NCBI GenBank assembly: GCA_003427395.1
Contig: BFEA01000012.1
Span: forward strand, 5,734,016-5,798,015
Length of the DNA: 64,000 nt
From: Chara braunii
Lineage: Eukaryota; Plantae; Charophyceae
Direction: 5' to 3'
Shown here piece by piece: positions 26,190 through 38,748 of this stretch. A program made the translations under genes and the position numbers. Numbering within the stretch: position 1 is the first letter of the stretch; each line of letters begins with the position of its first letter. Below the pieces are notes generated by a model that did no database searches, was not told the origin of the DNA, and worked only from the letters and a program-made list of their open reading frames with translations.

Positions 26190-26292
26190 CCGTCTTCCCC
26201 CGAACATAACGCACCCAGATAATGAATGTAGACAAGCTACCTTCCGGTCCGATACAGTCATACTGAGGGTGGAGAGCGTAGAGCGAGGGTGA
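26190..26292. mobile_element. Short Tc1/mariner MITE, right TIR decayed
   Basis: ta|ccgtcttcccccgaacataacgcacc..ttccggtccgatacagtcat. Confidence 0.7.
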
Positions 26293-26368
26293 GCGCAAAA
26301 GAAAACAGCCCTCAGTCAAAACCCCTCATTGCTGTCAAAACAGAAAAAAATCAAAAATGATAACCAAC

Positions 26369-26515
26369 GAGCCTAGCTCAGTTGGCGCACCCATGAACTG
26401 GTGAAATACAGACTCAAGTTTGAATCCGGATACAATCAGATGCCCAGAATAACAGAATTACTTTAATTACCTGGGGGCGTTCAGCTTCAATGATGATACC
26501 ACAAGGCTGTCGCCC
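26369..26515 (+). mobile_element. tRNA-derived head + linker of a tRNA-U6 chimeric SINE-like element (copy 1)
   Basis: A box tagctcagttgg, B-box-like gtttgaatcc; collinear with 41131-41280. Confidence 0.72.
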
Positions 26516-26934
26516 TTTTACGAAAAAAAAAGAAAAAAAAAAAAGAAAAAGAAAACATAAAATGATAGGCGTTCTGTTCGGCGGAAGGAGGCACGACGCG
26601 CTGTCGTCATCGTCGTGAACGAGAGAGGAGGAAAACGGTGGTAAATTAGCGCAAGGACCAGGAGATCAATTACTTAAGGGTAGGTAGGGTATACAAAAAA
26701 AGGAGTTCTTTTTTTTTATGTGCTTGACCAAAATGATGGCCAGATTCATTGCCAACAAAGGTCCGACTGCGACTATACGTCACTCAGAAGGCTTGACGCA
26801 TCCCCTCCCGTCTGGGGATTACCGGCGGGGAATACGAACTGAGATCCCGACAGGAGCTGTGTGATTGGAGATTTATGACAAAAAGTTTTTTTTTTTTTTT
26901 TTTGAGTTTCGGCGAGTGTCAAATTACCGGTAAT

Positions 26935-27040
26935 TAGTTCTTCCGAAATTTCGCGGGAGTGAATCTTTCGCTAGAACATGGAAAGATGCACCGGCATGAC
27001 CTTGGTCTTTTTCGTGATGTCGAGAGTAGTGGAGCGACGC
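26935..27040 (-). mobile_element. Tourist-like MITE copy
   Basis: gagtgaatctttcgctagaacatggaaagatgc..gtcgagagtagtggagcga. Confidence 0.7.
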
Positions 27041-27044
27041 GCAC

Positions 27045-27178
27045 AATTGGAACAATTCAGAAGGGTAATTAGCATAGCCCCTGCGCAAGGATGACACTAA
27101 TATTTTTTTATTTTTTTTTGGGGGGGGGGAAGGACACTGACACTGATAAATCGAGTCGAGGAGAAATGGTCCAAAAAA
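27045..27178 (+). pseudogene. U6: U6 snRNA-derived sequence (3' ~80 nt) with internal insertion and A-rich tail
   Basis: aattggaac..attagcatagcccctgcgcaaggatgacac [insert] ataaatcgag..gaaatggtccaaa matches plant U6; the ACAGAGA box is mutated. Confidence 0.85.
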
Positions 27179-27301
27179 TAAAAATAAATAAGTAAAAAAT
27201 CGCGCACACCAAATGAAGTACTTCCCTTTCCCTTTGCCGATTGTGAACGCTAAATAGATTAAGTATATTTCCTTCCCTTGGCTGTGGCAACCGAACCACT
27301 A

Positions 27302-27412
27302 CCGTCTTCGCCCGAATAAACGCTCACGCTCGGTCATTACATGGCTGTATTCGGGTCAATTTCCAGTCCAGATACAGCGATAATGACCGGGCGTTCTATT
27401 CGGTTGGACGGG
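27302..27412. mobile_element. Short Tc1/mariner MITE, decayed
   Basis: ta|ccgtcttcgcccgaataaacgc..tttccagtccagatacagc. Confidence 0.65.
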
Positions 27413-27787
27413 GTGTAGAGCAGCCTATATTCAAGAAAAGGTTCACATCCGAACCACTCGGCGCCACGCGGGGGCTACTGTAGGTCCCACTTACACGAAT
27501 GATTAAGCGATATTGACCGTAGATAGGATAGCAAAGATCAACGGCCAGAATCTCTTAATCACCATGCAAGTGTGACCTTGCACCGGAAGAAGACATGGGT
27601 GGAAACTTGCGCGTGTATGCCGTAGGGCCTAGCTGCACTACTACTCGCTATCCACCAAAACTTTGAATGCATCGGGACCCCTTACGTCGAGGGCGGGGGA
27701 AAAGAAGAGTACGCGTAGAGATGAACAAGAATGGGTAGGTAATAACTCGCACAGTGAACGGGCTATTGCATGTTGCACCTTGCCCTA

Positions 27788-27895
27788 CCGTCTTTTCCCC
27801 CAAACATAACGCACCCTAAAAATGAATGTATACGAGCTATATTTCCGGCCAGATACAGCCAAAATAAGAGTGCGTTGTGTTCGGGGGAAAGACGG
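27788..27895. mobile_element. Short Tc1/mariner MITE
   Basis: TIRs ccgtcttttcccccaaacataacgcac / gtgcgttgtgttcgggggaaagacgg. Confidence 0.85.
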
Positions 27896-28004
27896 TCGTG
27901 GGTGCAGGGTTGGGGCCGCCAGTGGGGATCCGGCTATTGCAAAGGGGGACCGAGCACTTTGCCAGAGTATCTGTGCCTCCCTTTTCATCGTTCCCCATCC
28001 CGCA

Positions 28005-28440
28005 TCGAGTGGCAGCAGTGTCCGCTTTATATAGCCTTAGCAGCAGGCAGGTAGTGAAAGGCCAAAGGAATTGAGCAAAGAATATAGTGCAGTTTTTTAA
28101 TGAAGAAAAAAAAAAGGAAGAAAGGGAAAGAAAGGGGAATTTACCGAAAGACAGAGGAAACAAAGGATGGGCGTGGGATGCTCAGATTCGATACAACGAT
28201 GTGTTCGAGTCGAGTAGTCGAGTAGCAGCAGTGTCCGATTTATATAACCTTAGGAGGAGGGAGGTAGTGAAAGGCCGAAAGGAATTGAGCGAAGAATATA
28301 GTGTAGTTTTTCAATGAAAAAGAAAAAGGAAGGAAGGAAGAAAGAAAGGGAAAGGCAGATGAATTTTACAAAAGATAGAGGAAACAACGGATGGGCGTGG
28401 GATGCTCGGATTTGATACGTCGTAATAGTACAACGATCTG
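28005..28440. repeat. Tandem duplication (~215 bp); a related fragment lies at 32058-32165
   Basis: tcgagt.gcagcagtgtccg.tttatata..ggtagtgaaaggcc..ggatgggcgtgggatgctc occurs twice. Confidence 0.85.
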
Positions 28441-28774
28441 TCAAAAAAAAAGCTCACACTTATTGAGGAAAGGCTGTTATCGTTATCATCATTTTTTCAA
28501 ACCAATCATGGCTACCATTGCAAGCAAAGTCAATTAAACGGCCTTGTGTTCGTCGAGGCGCAACCATTCTGAGTCCTTACTTCGTTCAGCGTTTGATTGT
28601 TATTCAGTTTACAAGGACTGTTTTCAGATAGAAACATAGAGGGTGGGAAAAAAAGAGAAAAAGCAAGATCTTTACGCGGCAGAACCTGGGGGAACCTGGA
28701 CAAGCTCCGCCACGCTTTTTCTCTCTTTAGCGCTCTTGAAACGTTCGACTCAATCAATCAATCGAAAAAAGGCC

Positions 28775-28945
28775 CGGATATCCGAATGGACAAATGTACG
28801 GAGGATATCCAAATGTACAAACGTACGGAGGATATCCGAATGTACAAATGTACGGAGGATATGCGGATGGGCGGATGGGCGGGCGGATGGGCGGATGGGC
28901 GGATGGGCGGATGGGCAGATGGGCGGGCGGGCGGGCGGGCGGACG
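28775..28945. repeat. 28-bp minisatellite followed by (GGGC/GGAT)n
   Basis: ggatatccgaatgtacaaatgtacgga x3, then gggcggat repeats. Confidence 0.9.
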
Positions 28946-29110
28946 AACTTCTGCATGTCAGTTCAACGGGCGTTCCATCCATCCGATGTCCTGCCAATGT
29001 GGGATTGGAATGATGAGGAATGAACAAACGAGCCACGGCAAACCCTCACACAGCAAAGACATCTGACGTTTGCTGCACTGACACCACAGACACCGCACAT
29101 CGCTGAAGTA

Positions 29111-29199
<89 letters not shown>

Positions 29200-30096
29200 C
29201 GTACCTGTGAACCGACCGATTCACTCACCTAAATTCAGGCGTATTCATGTCTTCGCTGGCTTGCCCTGCTCTCTATCCAGCCATTCATACAGGCTACCTA
29301 CGCATCTACGTATACATGCACCTCGCAGCTATATATCCATCCACTCGTCTACGATCTCACAGCCACTCGTCTACATGCCCTGCTCTCTATCCAGCCACTC
29401 GTCTACGATCTACCTATGTATCGATCTAGCGATGTATAAGATGCGTGTCCAGCTATATATCCTAGCTATCTAGTGTCTCTGTTGGTTTGTCTGTCTGCCA
29501 ACTTCTACCCAATCTATACCCTCAATCAATAGACAAGCGATAGACTGGCACGTGAGAAACGGGTGAAGTAATGGCAAGCAGGATCCAAGTGTCGAGGGCG
29601 ACAACGAAAAAACACGCGGCCTGTCAAGCTGACTATGAGAAAACCATGAACAAGCGGAGGAGCGATAGAGGGGGAGAGAGAGAGAGAGACCGAGAGAGAG
29701 AGGGAGAGAGAGAGAAAGAAAGAGAGAGAGAAGGAGAGAGTGGGGGAGAGAGAGAGCAACAGAGAGAGATAGAGAGACAGCAGAGGGACTTAACTTGTCA
29801 AATTACACGATCATGCCGGACCCCACGCCCTAAGCATCTAACGGGGAGAAAGTGGTTAACAAGGGGGGGGAGGGCGGATAGAGAGAGGCAGCAAAAGGGC
29901 CCAGTTATTTAAGCTACCCGATCATACCAGACGCCATGCCGCGACAGGGTTAACGTACTTCACAAGTAGAAGAGAGAGAGACACACACACACACACACAC
30001 ACACACAGTCAGCAGGATCCGGTTAGTTAAGCTACCCGATCATACGAGAGGCCATGCCGTGACCGAGAGAACGCACTTGAGAGGGTGGAGCAAACG

Positions 30097-30147
<51 letters not shown>

Positions 30148-32176
30148 AGCGGAACAAAGAAAAGTAAGCTTACCCAGGCATGCCGGACGGCGTGACGTTA
30201 GAAGCAGACGGCACATGAGCTTAATCTCGTCCTCCATCGATTATACCCCCTTCTCTCGATCCTGCATCGTCCAGGGAAGTATGGCGTCTCTTCCCCTGAC
30301 GCCTCTGGCCTGTTGTTCTGTACCCTGTACCCCCCTCCCCCCTTACCATTTCCACACGTCTCCTTCCTCTTTCCCACGTCTTTCCCTCGTCTCATTTTCT
30401 ACCCTCTCCTCTCTCCTTCCTCTCTCTCTCTTTCAACTTCCTCAGAGCCCAGCTCCTTACCGGCGGAGCCCGTCTCTGCGACACGCCGAAGGTGCGCTCA
30501 TTCTCTTTCCCCCTCACGCGCGCTCGCACTCCCACCCCCATCGAGCCACCTATCACTAGGTCCTTGTTAATCCATACCCCCGCAATCCACTGTCCCTACT
30601 GTAGCCCCTGGCCCCTTCTTCCTCTCTGTTGGGAAAACCCCAGTTTTTCCGTTGGTTCACTGACTTCTTGCAGGGGCAGCCACATCTCCCCCTTTCCGTC
30701 ATATTAACAATTAAAAAATATCATAAAATATATCGCAGCACGTGTAATGTAATACAATACAATATATGATATAATACATGATAAAATATGTAATCTAGTC
30801 TATGAACATGAATTTAAAATACTAGTACCGTTCAAGTTGTTTCCTGTCCGCCGTAAATTTCCTTTTCGAGGGTCACGGCCCGTTCAGCCTGGCGGCCGCG
30901 CCAAACTGCCTGGTTTCGTCCGTTTTCTGTATGTGCCTGCAGCCCGCCCAGCCCGGGCACTACGTGTTGTCGCTTCCACCGGTGTGCGGCGCCCGCCGCG
31001 CCTCCCCTTCGGCAGCCCGGCAGTACCGGTCTTGTCGCTCACGAAGGGTGCGCGGCGCCCCGAACCGCCGCCCCGAGCCGCCCGCCCAGCTCTCCCGCCC
31101 CGCCGCCCCGCACTGCCACGGCCCGCACCGCACTACCCCATAGAGGTCCCCCGTCGGAGGCCTCGCCCGGTCTTCCGGGTTCGGTCCGGGCCTTGAACCT
31201 CCATCCGAGCCTCGATTAATCAGTTCACCGATCGGGTCGGATGAACGGATCAATCCATTCTCGGTGAACGGATCAATCCATTCTATGTCGACCCTGAGGA
31301 GTTGAGTTGTGACTCTCGCGGCCATCGTTGCCACGCTGGATACGAACCGAGTAGGTACAAAATCCGCCTCTTCACGGTGCGGCGCACACAAGGCGACCCC
31401 GTTCTTGTCGTGCATGGATATCAGACGTGTCGGGATAACAAGTCGCATATAACAGAGACAACGGATCTCGCTCCACTGCTACGACTCCCAAAAACGCCAG
31501 AGAGTCCTTCGAGAGCGGTCAGACTCTCGAAATCGACGAAATTCCGTCTTCGCCGCACTTAGGGCATACTCCAACTGCTGTAGGCCCTTGAACTTGCAGA
31601 ATAGCAAAATCGGCAGCGGCCGGATCTGGCCGCCGATTTTGTGGTCCTGCTATTACAAGGGCCTAGGGCCTCGCCAAAAGGCAAGTGCCCCCTCTGACGG
31701 CTGGAGGGCATACTCCATTCGACAGTTTGCCCCCCCTTCGCCACACAGCACTGTAGAGTGCACGCACTTGTGATTGCAAGATGGAAAAAGACGAACGCGC
31801 CAGAGGGTACGACAAGCATTAGTCCATCCCAACCTTACCCCCCCTCACCGAATTTCGAAGAGAAGTCGACGGCGCAGCCGAGGAGTGTCGAAAGCATGGG
31901 AGTAGCAGGCTGGGGATTCAACAACTTTCGACAGGAGCTGTCGAGAAGCATGCTCTGACAACTGGAGAATTTTTTTCCCGTCTCCGACTTCGGCAGCCTG
32001 TGTGGCGAAGAGAAACTGTCGAAAATTGCATTTTCGACAGTGGTGCGGCGAGGCCCTTAGGAGTAGTGGTAGGTACGTAGTGAAGGTGAATTGAAACAAT
32101 TTGAAAGATGATGAAAGATTTGAGAGAAGAATATAGCGAAGTTTTGAATGAAAAAAAAAAAGGCAATTGAAATCCA

Positions 32177-32248
32177 GGGGCCTAGCTCAGTTGGTAAGGC
32201 ACACAAGTCGCATTCAGGAGGTCTTGGATTCAATCCCCATTGGCCTCA
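32177..32248 (+). pseudogene. tRNA(Ala)-like pseudogene or SINE head
   Basis: ggggcctagctcagttggta..tcgca..ggattcaatccccattggcctca: A and B boxes and acceptor stem present, anticodon stem broken. Confidence 0.7.
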
Positions 32249-33819
32249 TGTACCTTCCTGGGCAAGCTTGGCGCCCACCAATGGTACCCCCGAGTGGCAT
32301 TGAGCAGAGACTGCTGATGTTCATAGGGAAGGGGACTGGAGGGGAGGCAGAGTGGCTGGCCCATCAAAGAAGCTCGGTCCTGATGCTACCGACTGCCCCC
32401 TGGCCGGTATCGCCCACCTTACAAGGGTATTTGGCGCGGCCTTGGCATTGGGTTGGTGAGATTGGATCAGGAAAGAGCCAATGTGTGAATAAGAGACGTG
32501 ATGATGTAGGACTTTAGTGCAAGCGGCGAGCCACGCACGCATATAAGAAGTTGAGTTTCACCTTGATAAGCAACGCCCGCGGTGTGCCCGGCAGCTTAAG
32601 TGCAACCCTTTGAAGCTTAGTTGTGCGCGGCATCAAAGGTCAGCGGCGACCCGTCTTGAGCGTGATGGCAGCATGCCGGCAGCTGGTGTACAGTTTTGAG
32701 CCCTCGCTCGCGCGGTGCAAGAGTTCGGTGGCTGTGGGAATGACCAATAGGATAAGGTGTGGCCTCGGCGCAGTTCGAAAGACCAAGGTGCGGCCTTGAA
32801 GGATTCGAGTAAGGCTAGATGCAGGGCGGGTGCCCTTTATAGGGAATTCGGGCCTGCTAAGCTTAGCCTTGGGCCTACCACTATAGGGTCCAACATTATA
32901 CTTTCAAGCACTAGACTCAGGGATCGAGGCCAGCCAGCGATATGGGAGCAGCGAAGCGCGATGGAAGGAACTGAGGGGTTGAGGGCCCTGCAGGGCTATC
33001 CCCCTTAGTTTTGCTAACCAGTCCCGATCGCGGGCCCGGTTAGTGGGACTGAACAAGTTCCAAAGGGGTTCCTCCCCTCCTCAATTTTATGCACCTTCCC
33101 ATATTCTAGGGGAAGATTCATTCTCAATTTGCACATAGTACGAAGAGTGCAGGAGTAAAACCGAGCTGCTATTGATCATGCTTGACGTCGCAGTCAAGTT
33201 GTTTTCCTGGTGGCAGTCCGATTGCTGCCCCTTGTGATAGTCATTTGCGTCCCGATTATCTTCATCATCTCCATGGAAAGTGCGCCTCATTCCGACAGTC
33301 GTCTTCGACTCTAGGATGTCATCGTTGTTTTTGCGGTGTTGTGTTCGTCGCTCCTCAGCATTATGGAGGGATTGGCTTCCAGACTATGAACCCGGCCTTG
33401 TTCATGGTCGTGTACATTCGAAGGAGTGAGGGTTGTCCCGATCCCGACCGATGAGCGAACCATAAGTAAGAACAAGGTAGAAAGGAGGGTTGAGGAGGCA
33501 ACGAAAATGAGATCAAGAGCGGAAGAAAACGAACGCGGGGGTAGGTGGGAGGAGGAATAAGAGAATGTGAGAGGGAGGACGAAGGCGACGACAAGCAGGA
33601 GGAAGAAGCAGATGGATAGGAAGTTGGCAATAATAGAGGAGAAGAAGATAAAGGAGTAAGAGGAGGCTGGACGGCCAACTCATTCTTTGTCGTGATGAGT
33701 TTTTCTCCGTCGTTGTGTTCGTTCGGATGGTGCGCAACATCTTGTGGGTGACGCCCATCGAGACAGATGTGTTGTCTGGGTTTGCCATGAAGAGAAGGTT
33801 AACAACAGTCGTATTTTTC

Positions 33820-34245
33820 ATCACCACTTCAGGACACCCTTCACAACTTCAGGATGCAGCCTACCTAAACAGATGGTTTTCATGGTCTTCGGACCTTTCA
33901 CCACTTCAGGACNNNNNNNNNNNNNNNNNNNNNNNNNNNNNNNNNNNNNNNNNNNNNNNNNNNNNNNNNNNNNNNNNNNNNNNNNNNNNNNNNNNNNNTC
34001 GAAGACCCTGAGAACCACCTGTTTAAGCAGGCTGCATTCTCAAGTGGTGAAGGGTGGTTTTCATGGTCTTCGGACCTTTCACCACTTCAGGACCATTCAA
34101 GATTTTCAGAATGCCCAAAACTCTCACTTGACCACTTCAGGATGCAGCCTGCCTAAACAGGTGGTTTTCAGGGTCTTCGGGTCTTTCACCACTTCAAAAC
34201 CATTTAGGATATTCAGACTGCCCAAAACTCTCATTTCAGAATTTT
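33820..34245. repeat. Mixed-orientation ~60-bp repeat cluster around an assembly gap
   Basis: caccacttcagga.. and gcagcct.cctaaacag.tggttttca units, one copy inverted. Confidence 0.8.
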
Positions 34246-37170
34246 CATTCCTAAATAACCGCTTGTGTTGCCATGCTGATTGGGATCGTGTTCAGTTTCT
34301 TCTGAAGATCGTCATGCTCACCGTCGCCAGCACGAGGGTGTATTCATTGTGTTTGTCGTGATCGCCATCATTACTACTTTAGTCGAAACCGCCCCTAATC
34401 GTCCTCATCAAGGTCGTGGTCTCATTATGTGTGGTCGTCGTAGTGGCCACTCCCGATCCGACTCGGGCATGATGGCAGTTAGGGACATGCGGCTAAGGGC
34501 AGTGTATCGTCCCATATCTTGGGGAATATTCATTCTCATTTTGCGCATTTGGTAATTAGTGGCGCAAGGCGCCTGATTCGTCGTTATCCTCCTTGCAATC
34601 GTGACGGTGTTCTGTGTTCATGGGCTCATCGTTATGATGGTCACATACGGGGAACGCATCTTCCCATGTACTAGCGGAAGACACATTCTTATTCTACCAT
34701 TTGGAGGCAGTTGGAGTATCATGGAAACTGATGATGTATCCTTCCGTCTTCTAGCGGAAGATTCATTCGCAATTTGTACTCTATATCTTCCAATGTATTA
34801 GCAGAAGATTCATTTTTAATATTAGGCAAGTGGTGAACAGTGATAGTCGTGTTGCTCGTGGTCTCGACTATACTCACCTTCAAAGTCCTACTGGTGGGGA
34901 TCGCATCCATCTTTTGCGGGATCGTTTCGATTGCATGGTCGTTTATTCTTCTCACCTTCATCATGATCTTGGCCAATACAAAATTCTTCGTGATTGTACT
35001 CCTCGTCACGATCATTTTTTTTATCGTGCTCTTCATCACGTTGATCAGGTTCCTCATCTTGTCCGTGTTGTTTTCTACTGACATAGTGGTGTCAGGTAGA
35101 CGGCGAGCAAAGGAGAGGGGGAGGAGTACCCACTTGTGTGCGCATCTTCCCATGTTCGGGGAAAAGGTTCATTTTGTTCCCTTTTCAGTTATTCTTGTTC
35201 TTCTTGCTTGCTCACCTGGTCGAAGCGTTGTTGAGGTCGTGGCTATCATGCTCGCCTTTGCGGTAGCCATCGAGTTTGTTGTTGCCCAGGTGCTACTCAC
35301 GTTTTGACATCGGTACTCCTCCTTGTGGGGAAATCGCGATCATAGAGGGAATACACTTGATTACGTTTTAGCGGGAGGTTCGTTTCCCGCTCCTTTTGAT
35401 GTAACGGGTGGTCAGACTACAGTGTATCTCCAAGTGTCTGGCGAAAGATTCGTTAATATCCTACACATTTTATGAGTAGTGGAGCAGGATGGGGCAATGA
35501 CACTCCTTGTGATGATCATCCCCGCTTTCCAAGTGGCCAATCTGCTGCATTGCAACGCCTCGAAAATGACATGAACCTGATCGGAAAAAAAAAACAGGTT
35601 TCGTGCATTGGGCGCATGACCGTGGGCTTGTGCAACCGTGTTGATGTTGTTGCCTCGAAATGTTGCTGCCTTTCGCATACAGTAGCGTTTTTGCAATACT
35701 GTTGTGGTTTGAGCACAGGCGGCAGTAACCAGCTAACAGGGCCCTCACTAGGCAGACTGTTACTGCTGCCTATTATTGCTTCGGACTATAACGTCGGATT
35801 GAGGAGGCGAAGTCCCCTGAGTTGAATACTGTTGGTGGTACCGTGGAGGTTGTCTACAACTTGATAGTGCTATTGTTATGCTTTACTACTGCCGGTTTTT
35901 CCACCGTGCGGCTGTCGAGTTTTTGTTGTTATGGATGTTGTGCAAATTGTTGTTACTATTTTGCAGTATTGTCTATTGTGCCATTGCTGTTGGTTAGCTA
36001 CATATTGTTGTTGTTGAGCCGCAATGCTAGTGTTGGTGCAGGTGCCCAGTAATGTTGTCTTCAGTTTTTTAGCAGTAATTATCTGCTACGTCAAGCTACA
36101 ATTGTGCTCAGTTTTCGACAGCAAAGTGTCCGTTGCGGTAGATGTTTGCTAAGGTTGCTAATTAATTTTGACCAGCCTATTATTCGATTATCAGGCAAAC
36201 TGTTGAGGTTGGTACTCAGAGTTATGTTGAAGGCTACATGTGCAAACCGCCACCAACTGCTACTATACTGCTGCTACTCCGTCTGTGGATATTGCTGCGC
36301 ATTTTTGTGTTGCTGTCAAGATGAGTGTTGTTGTTGTTGTGTTGCAATGTTGGTACTACTACGAAGTGGAGCATTGCTATGACGGTATATTGGGACATTG
36401 TTGTTGATCTTTTCAGCAGGTTCCTGATGCAGCAACGTGAGGATTATTGTTGTTATTGCTACAATGCGAACGTTGGTCCTTCAGGGCGATGTCACTATGG
36501 GTTGGCCTTTGGATTACGACTGTTGGACTATTGGGATTGTTGAGGCTTTGAGTTGTTGTCGCAAACGTGACTAATTGTCATTAAGCTGCGATTGACCACC
36601 ATTGCGGGGCCCTCAGGAGAGTGAAGACAACAACGTCTTCTCCACGCGAGTCTCGGTGAGCCTCTTCCTGAATCTCGAGAGACTAACTTTCCTACTTCTG
36701 TCTTTCTTGATTTAAGTTTAATATGTGTTTGGGAGAGGAGGGTTGCAGGTGGGATTACAACCCATAAGACCACAGCAAGATCTTAAAGGAGGTCGGACCA
36801 CCAATTGTGAGAGCTTTGCTGGAGCCCAGACGGGGTTTTGGAGGCAGGGAACACTCAGGTATAACTTCGTTTTACACGTGTGATCCCCTAGTCCCCTAAT
36901 TCTACTACCTTCTATTGTTTTGATCGAGAATACAATTAAAACTATTTACTTTTAACTTTGTTATGTTCTTAGGATTCATTATGAATTATGGTAAAATGAG
37001 ATATGTGTGAGAATCAGATCATCTATTGTTTGAACTAAGAAAACAAAAAAGGGAAAGACAAGAGGAAGGTGTTTTGCTTGCGTTTGATCGGGTCAACCAA
37101 AGGTTGAATCACTTTAAGTTGAATGGTTCAGTGCTATGTTTAATTTTTGTTTGTTGGGCTGCATGCATGA

Positions 37171-38748
37171 CCTTTGGAAAAACTTGGCCTATCCTAAGTT
37201 GGACGGTCCAATCGCTTGTTTTTTTTGGGGTTTAACTGACATTTCGTTATAACTGATATTTTTTTCTAAATTCACGAAATTGAGCGTACAAAAAAAAAAA
37301 CATTTTTTAGTGTTTTTTTTTCCTCATGACGTCGGATTATCAAATCATTGGGTGTCGTGGTGACTCCCGATGATCTGACCATTGGATGTATGTTAACGTT
37401 ACTTTACGTTGAGGTACATTAGATGAACAAAGTGAGATAACCACTTTCTCACCCGATGAGCAATTAAATTTTGACTAAGTCTACTTTTATGAATTCAGAA
37501 AAAAATGTCAGTTTTAACGAAATATCAATTGTTTCTGAAACAGATAGACGGGCGCCCTAAGTTAAGAGACCCTGATTCCTAATGTTCTCTTTTGGGTTGC
37601 TGAAACAAAACTGGGAACATTTTAAGTTGCGCGGACTCAGTTCTATGTATTTTTTTCTGAGAGGAACAAAGGCATGAGACTAGGTGTACCCCTAAGTTTG
37701 GGCAGCCTAGTCATAAGCTATGAACTTAATGATCCACAAAATATAAAATTTGATATACATATTTACATTTATATTATCCGGAAGACTGAACAGCCTAAGT
37801 TGGGAGGTCTAGTTAGTAAGCCAAGTAAAACAAAAAGGGAAGGAAAAAATAAATTAAAAGTATAATGAGAAGGTAACCGGACAGACTGAACGTACCCCTA
37901 AGTTGGGGCAGTTCAGTCCTATGCCCGTGATAATATTAAAAAAAAAAGTTCGTATAAAATTTTCTTAATTTAAATATAACTAAGGCAATGTTAAATGTCT
38001 CCCTAAGTTGGGTAGGTCTAATCAGTTGCCCTTTGGAAAAACTTGGCCTATCCTAAGTTGGACGGTCCAGTTTGGGTTTAACTGACATTTCGTTACAACT
38101 GATATTTTTTTCTAAATTCACGAAATTGAGCGTACAAAAAAAAAAACATTTTTTAGTGTTTTTTTTTTCCTCATGACATCGGATTATCAAATCATTGGGT
38201 GTCGTGGCGACTCCCGATGATCTGACCATTGGATGTATGTTAACGGTACTTTACGTTGAGGTACATTAGATGAACAAAGTGAGATAACCACTTTCTCACC
38301 CGATGAGCAATGAAATTTTGACTACGTCCACTTTCGTGAATTCAGAAAAAAAAATGTCAGTTTTAACGAAATATCAATTGTTTCTGAAACAGATAGACGG
38401 GCGCCCTAAGTTAAGAGACCATGATTCCTAATGTTCTCTTTTGGGTTGCTGAAACAAAACTGGGAATATTTTAAGTTGCGCGGACCCAGTTCTATGTATT
38501 TTTTTCTTAGAGGAACAAAGGCATGAGACTAGGTGTACCCCTAAGTTTGGGCAGCCTAGTCATAAGCTATGAACTTAATGATCCACCAAATATAAAATTT
38601 GATATACATATTTACATTTATATTATCCGAAAGACTGGACACCCTAAGTTGGGAGGTCTAGTCAGTAAGCCAAGTAGAACAAAAAGGGAAGGAAAAAATA
38701 AATTAAAAGTATAATGAGAAGGTAACCGGACAGACTGAACGTACCCCT
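37171..38748. repeat. Recent 859-bp tandem duplication inside copy A (second unit truncated)
   Basis: 37171-38029 is repeated near-identically from 38030 to 38748. Confidence 0.95.
37234..37530. mobile_element. ~297-bp MITE with long TIRs and apparent 4-bp GTTT duplication (second copy 38080-38379)
   Basis: aactgacatttcgtta.aactgatattttt.. vs ..aaaaatgtcagttttaacgaaatatcaatt; absent at the equivalent site of copy B (agggtttctgaac). Confidence 0.8.

Noticed and set aside
32177-32248. Functional tRNA-Ala gene
   Set aside because: The anticodon stem cannot pair; kept only as a pseudogene or SINE head.
34840-35307. Hydrophobic multi-TM-looking ORF (also 35822-36543 and 47958-48767)
   Set aside because: Translations of T-rich low-complexity strands, with no domain motifs.
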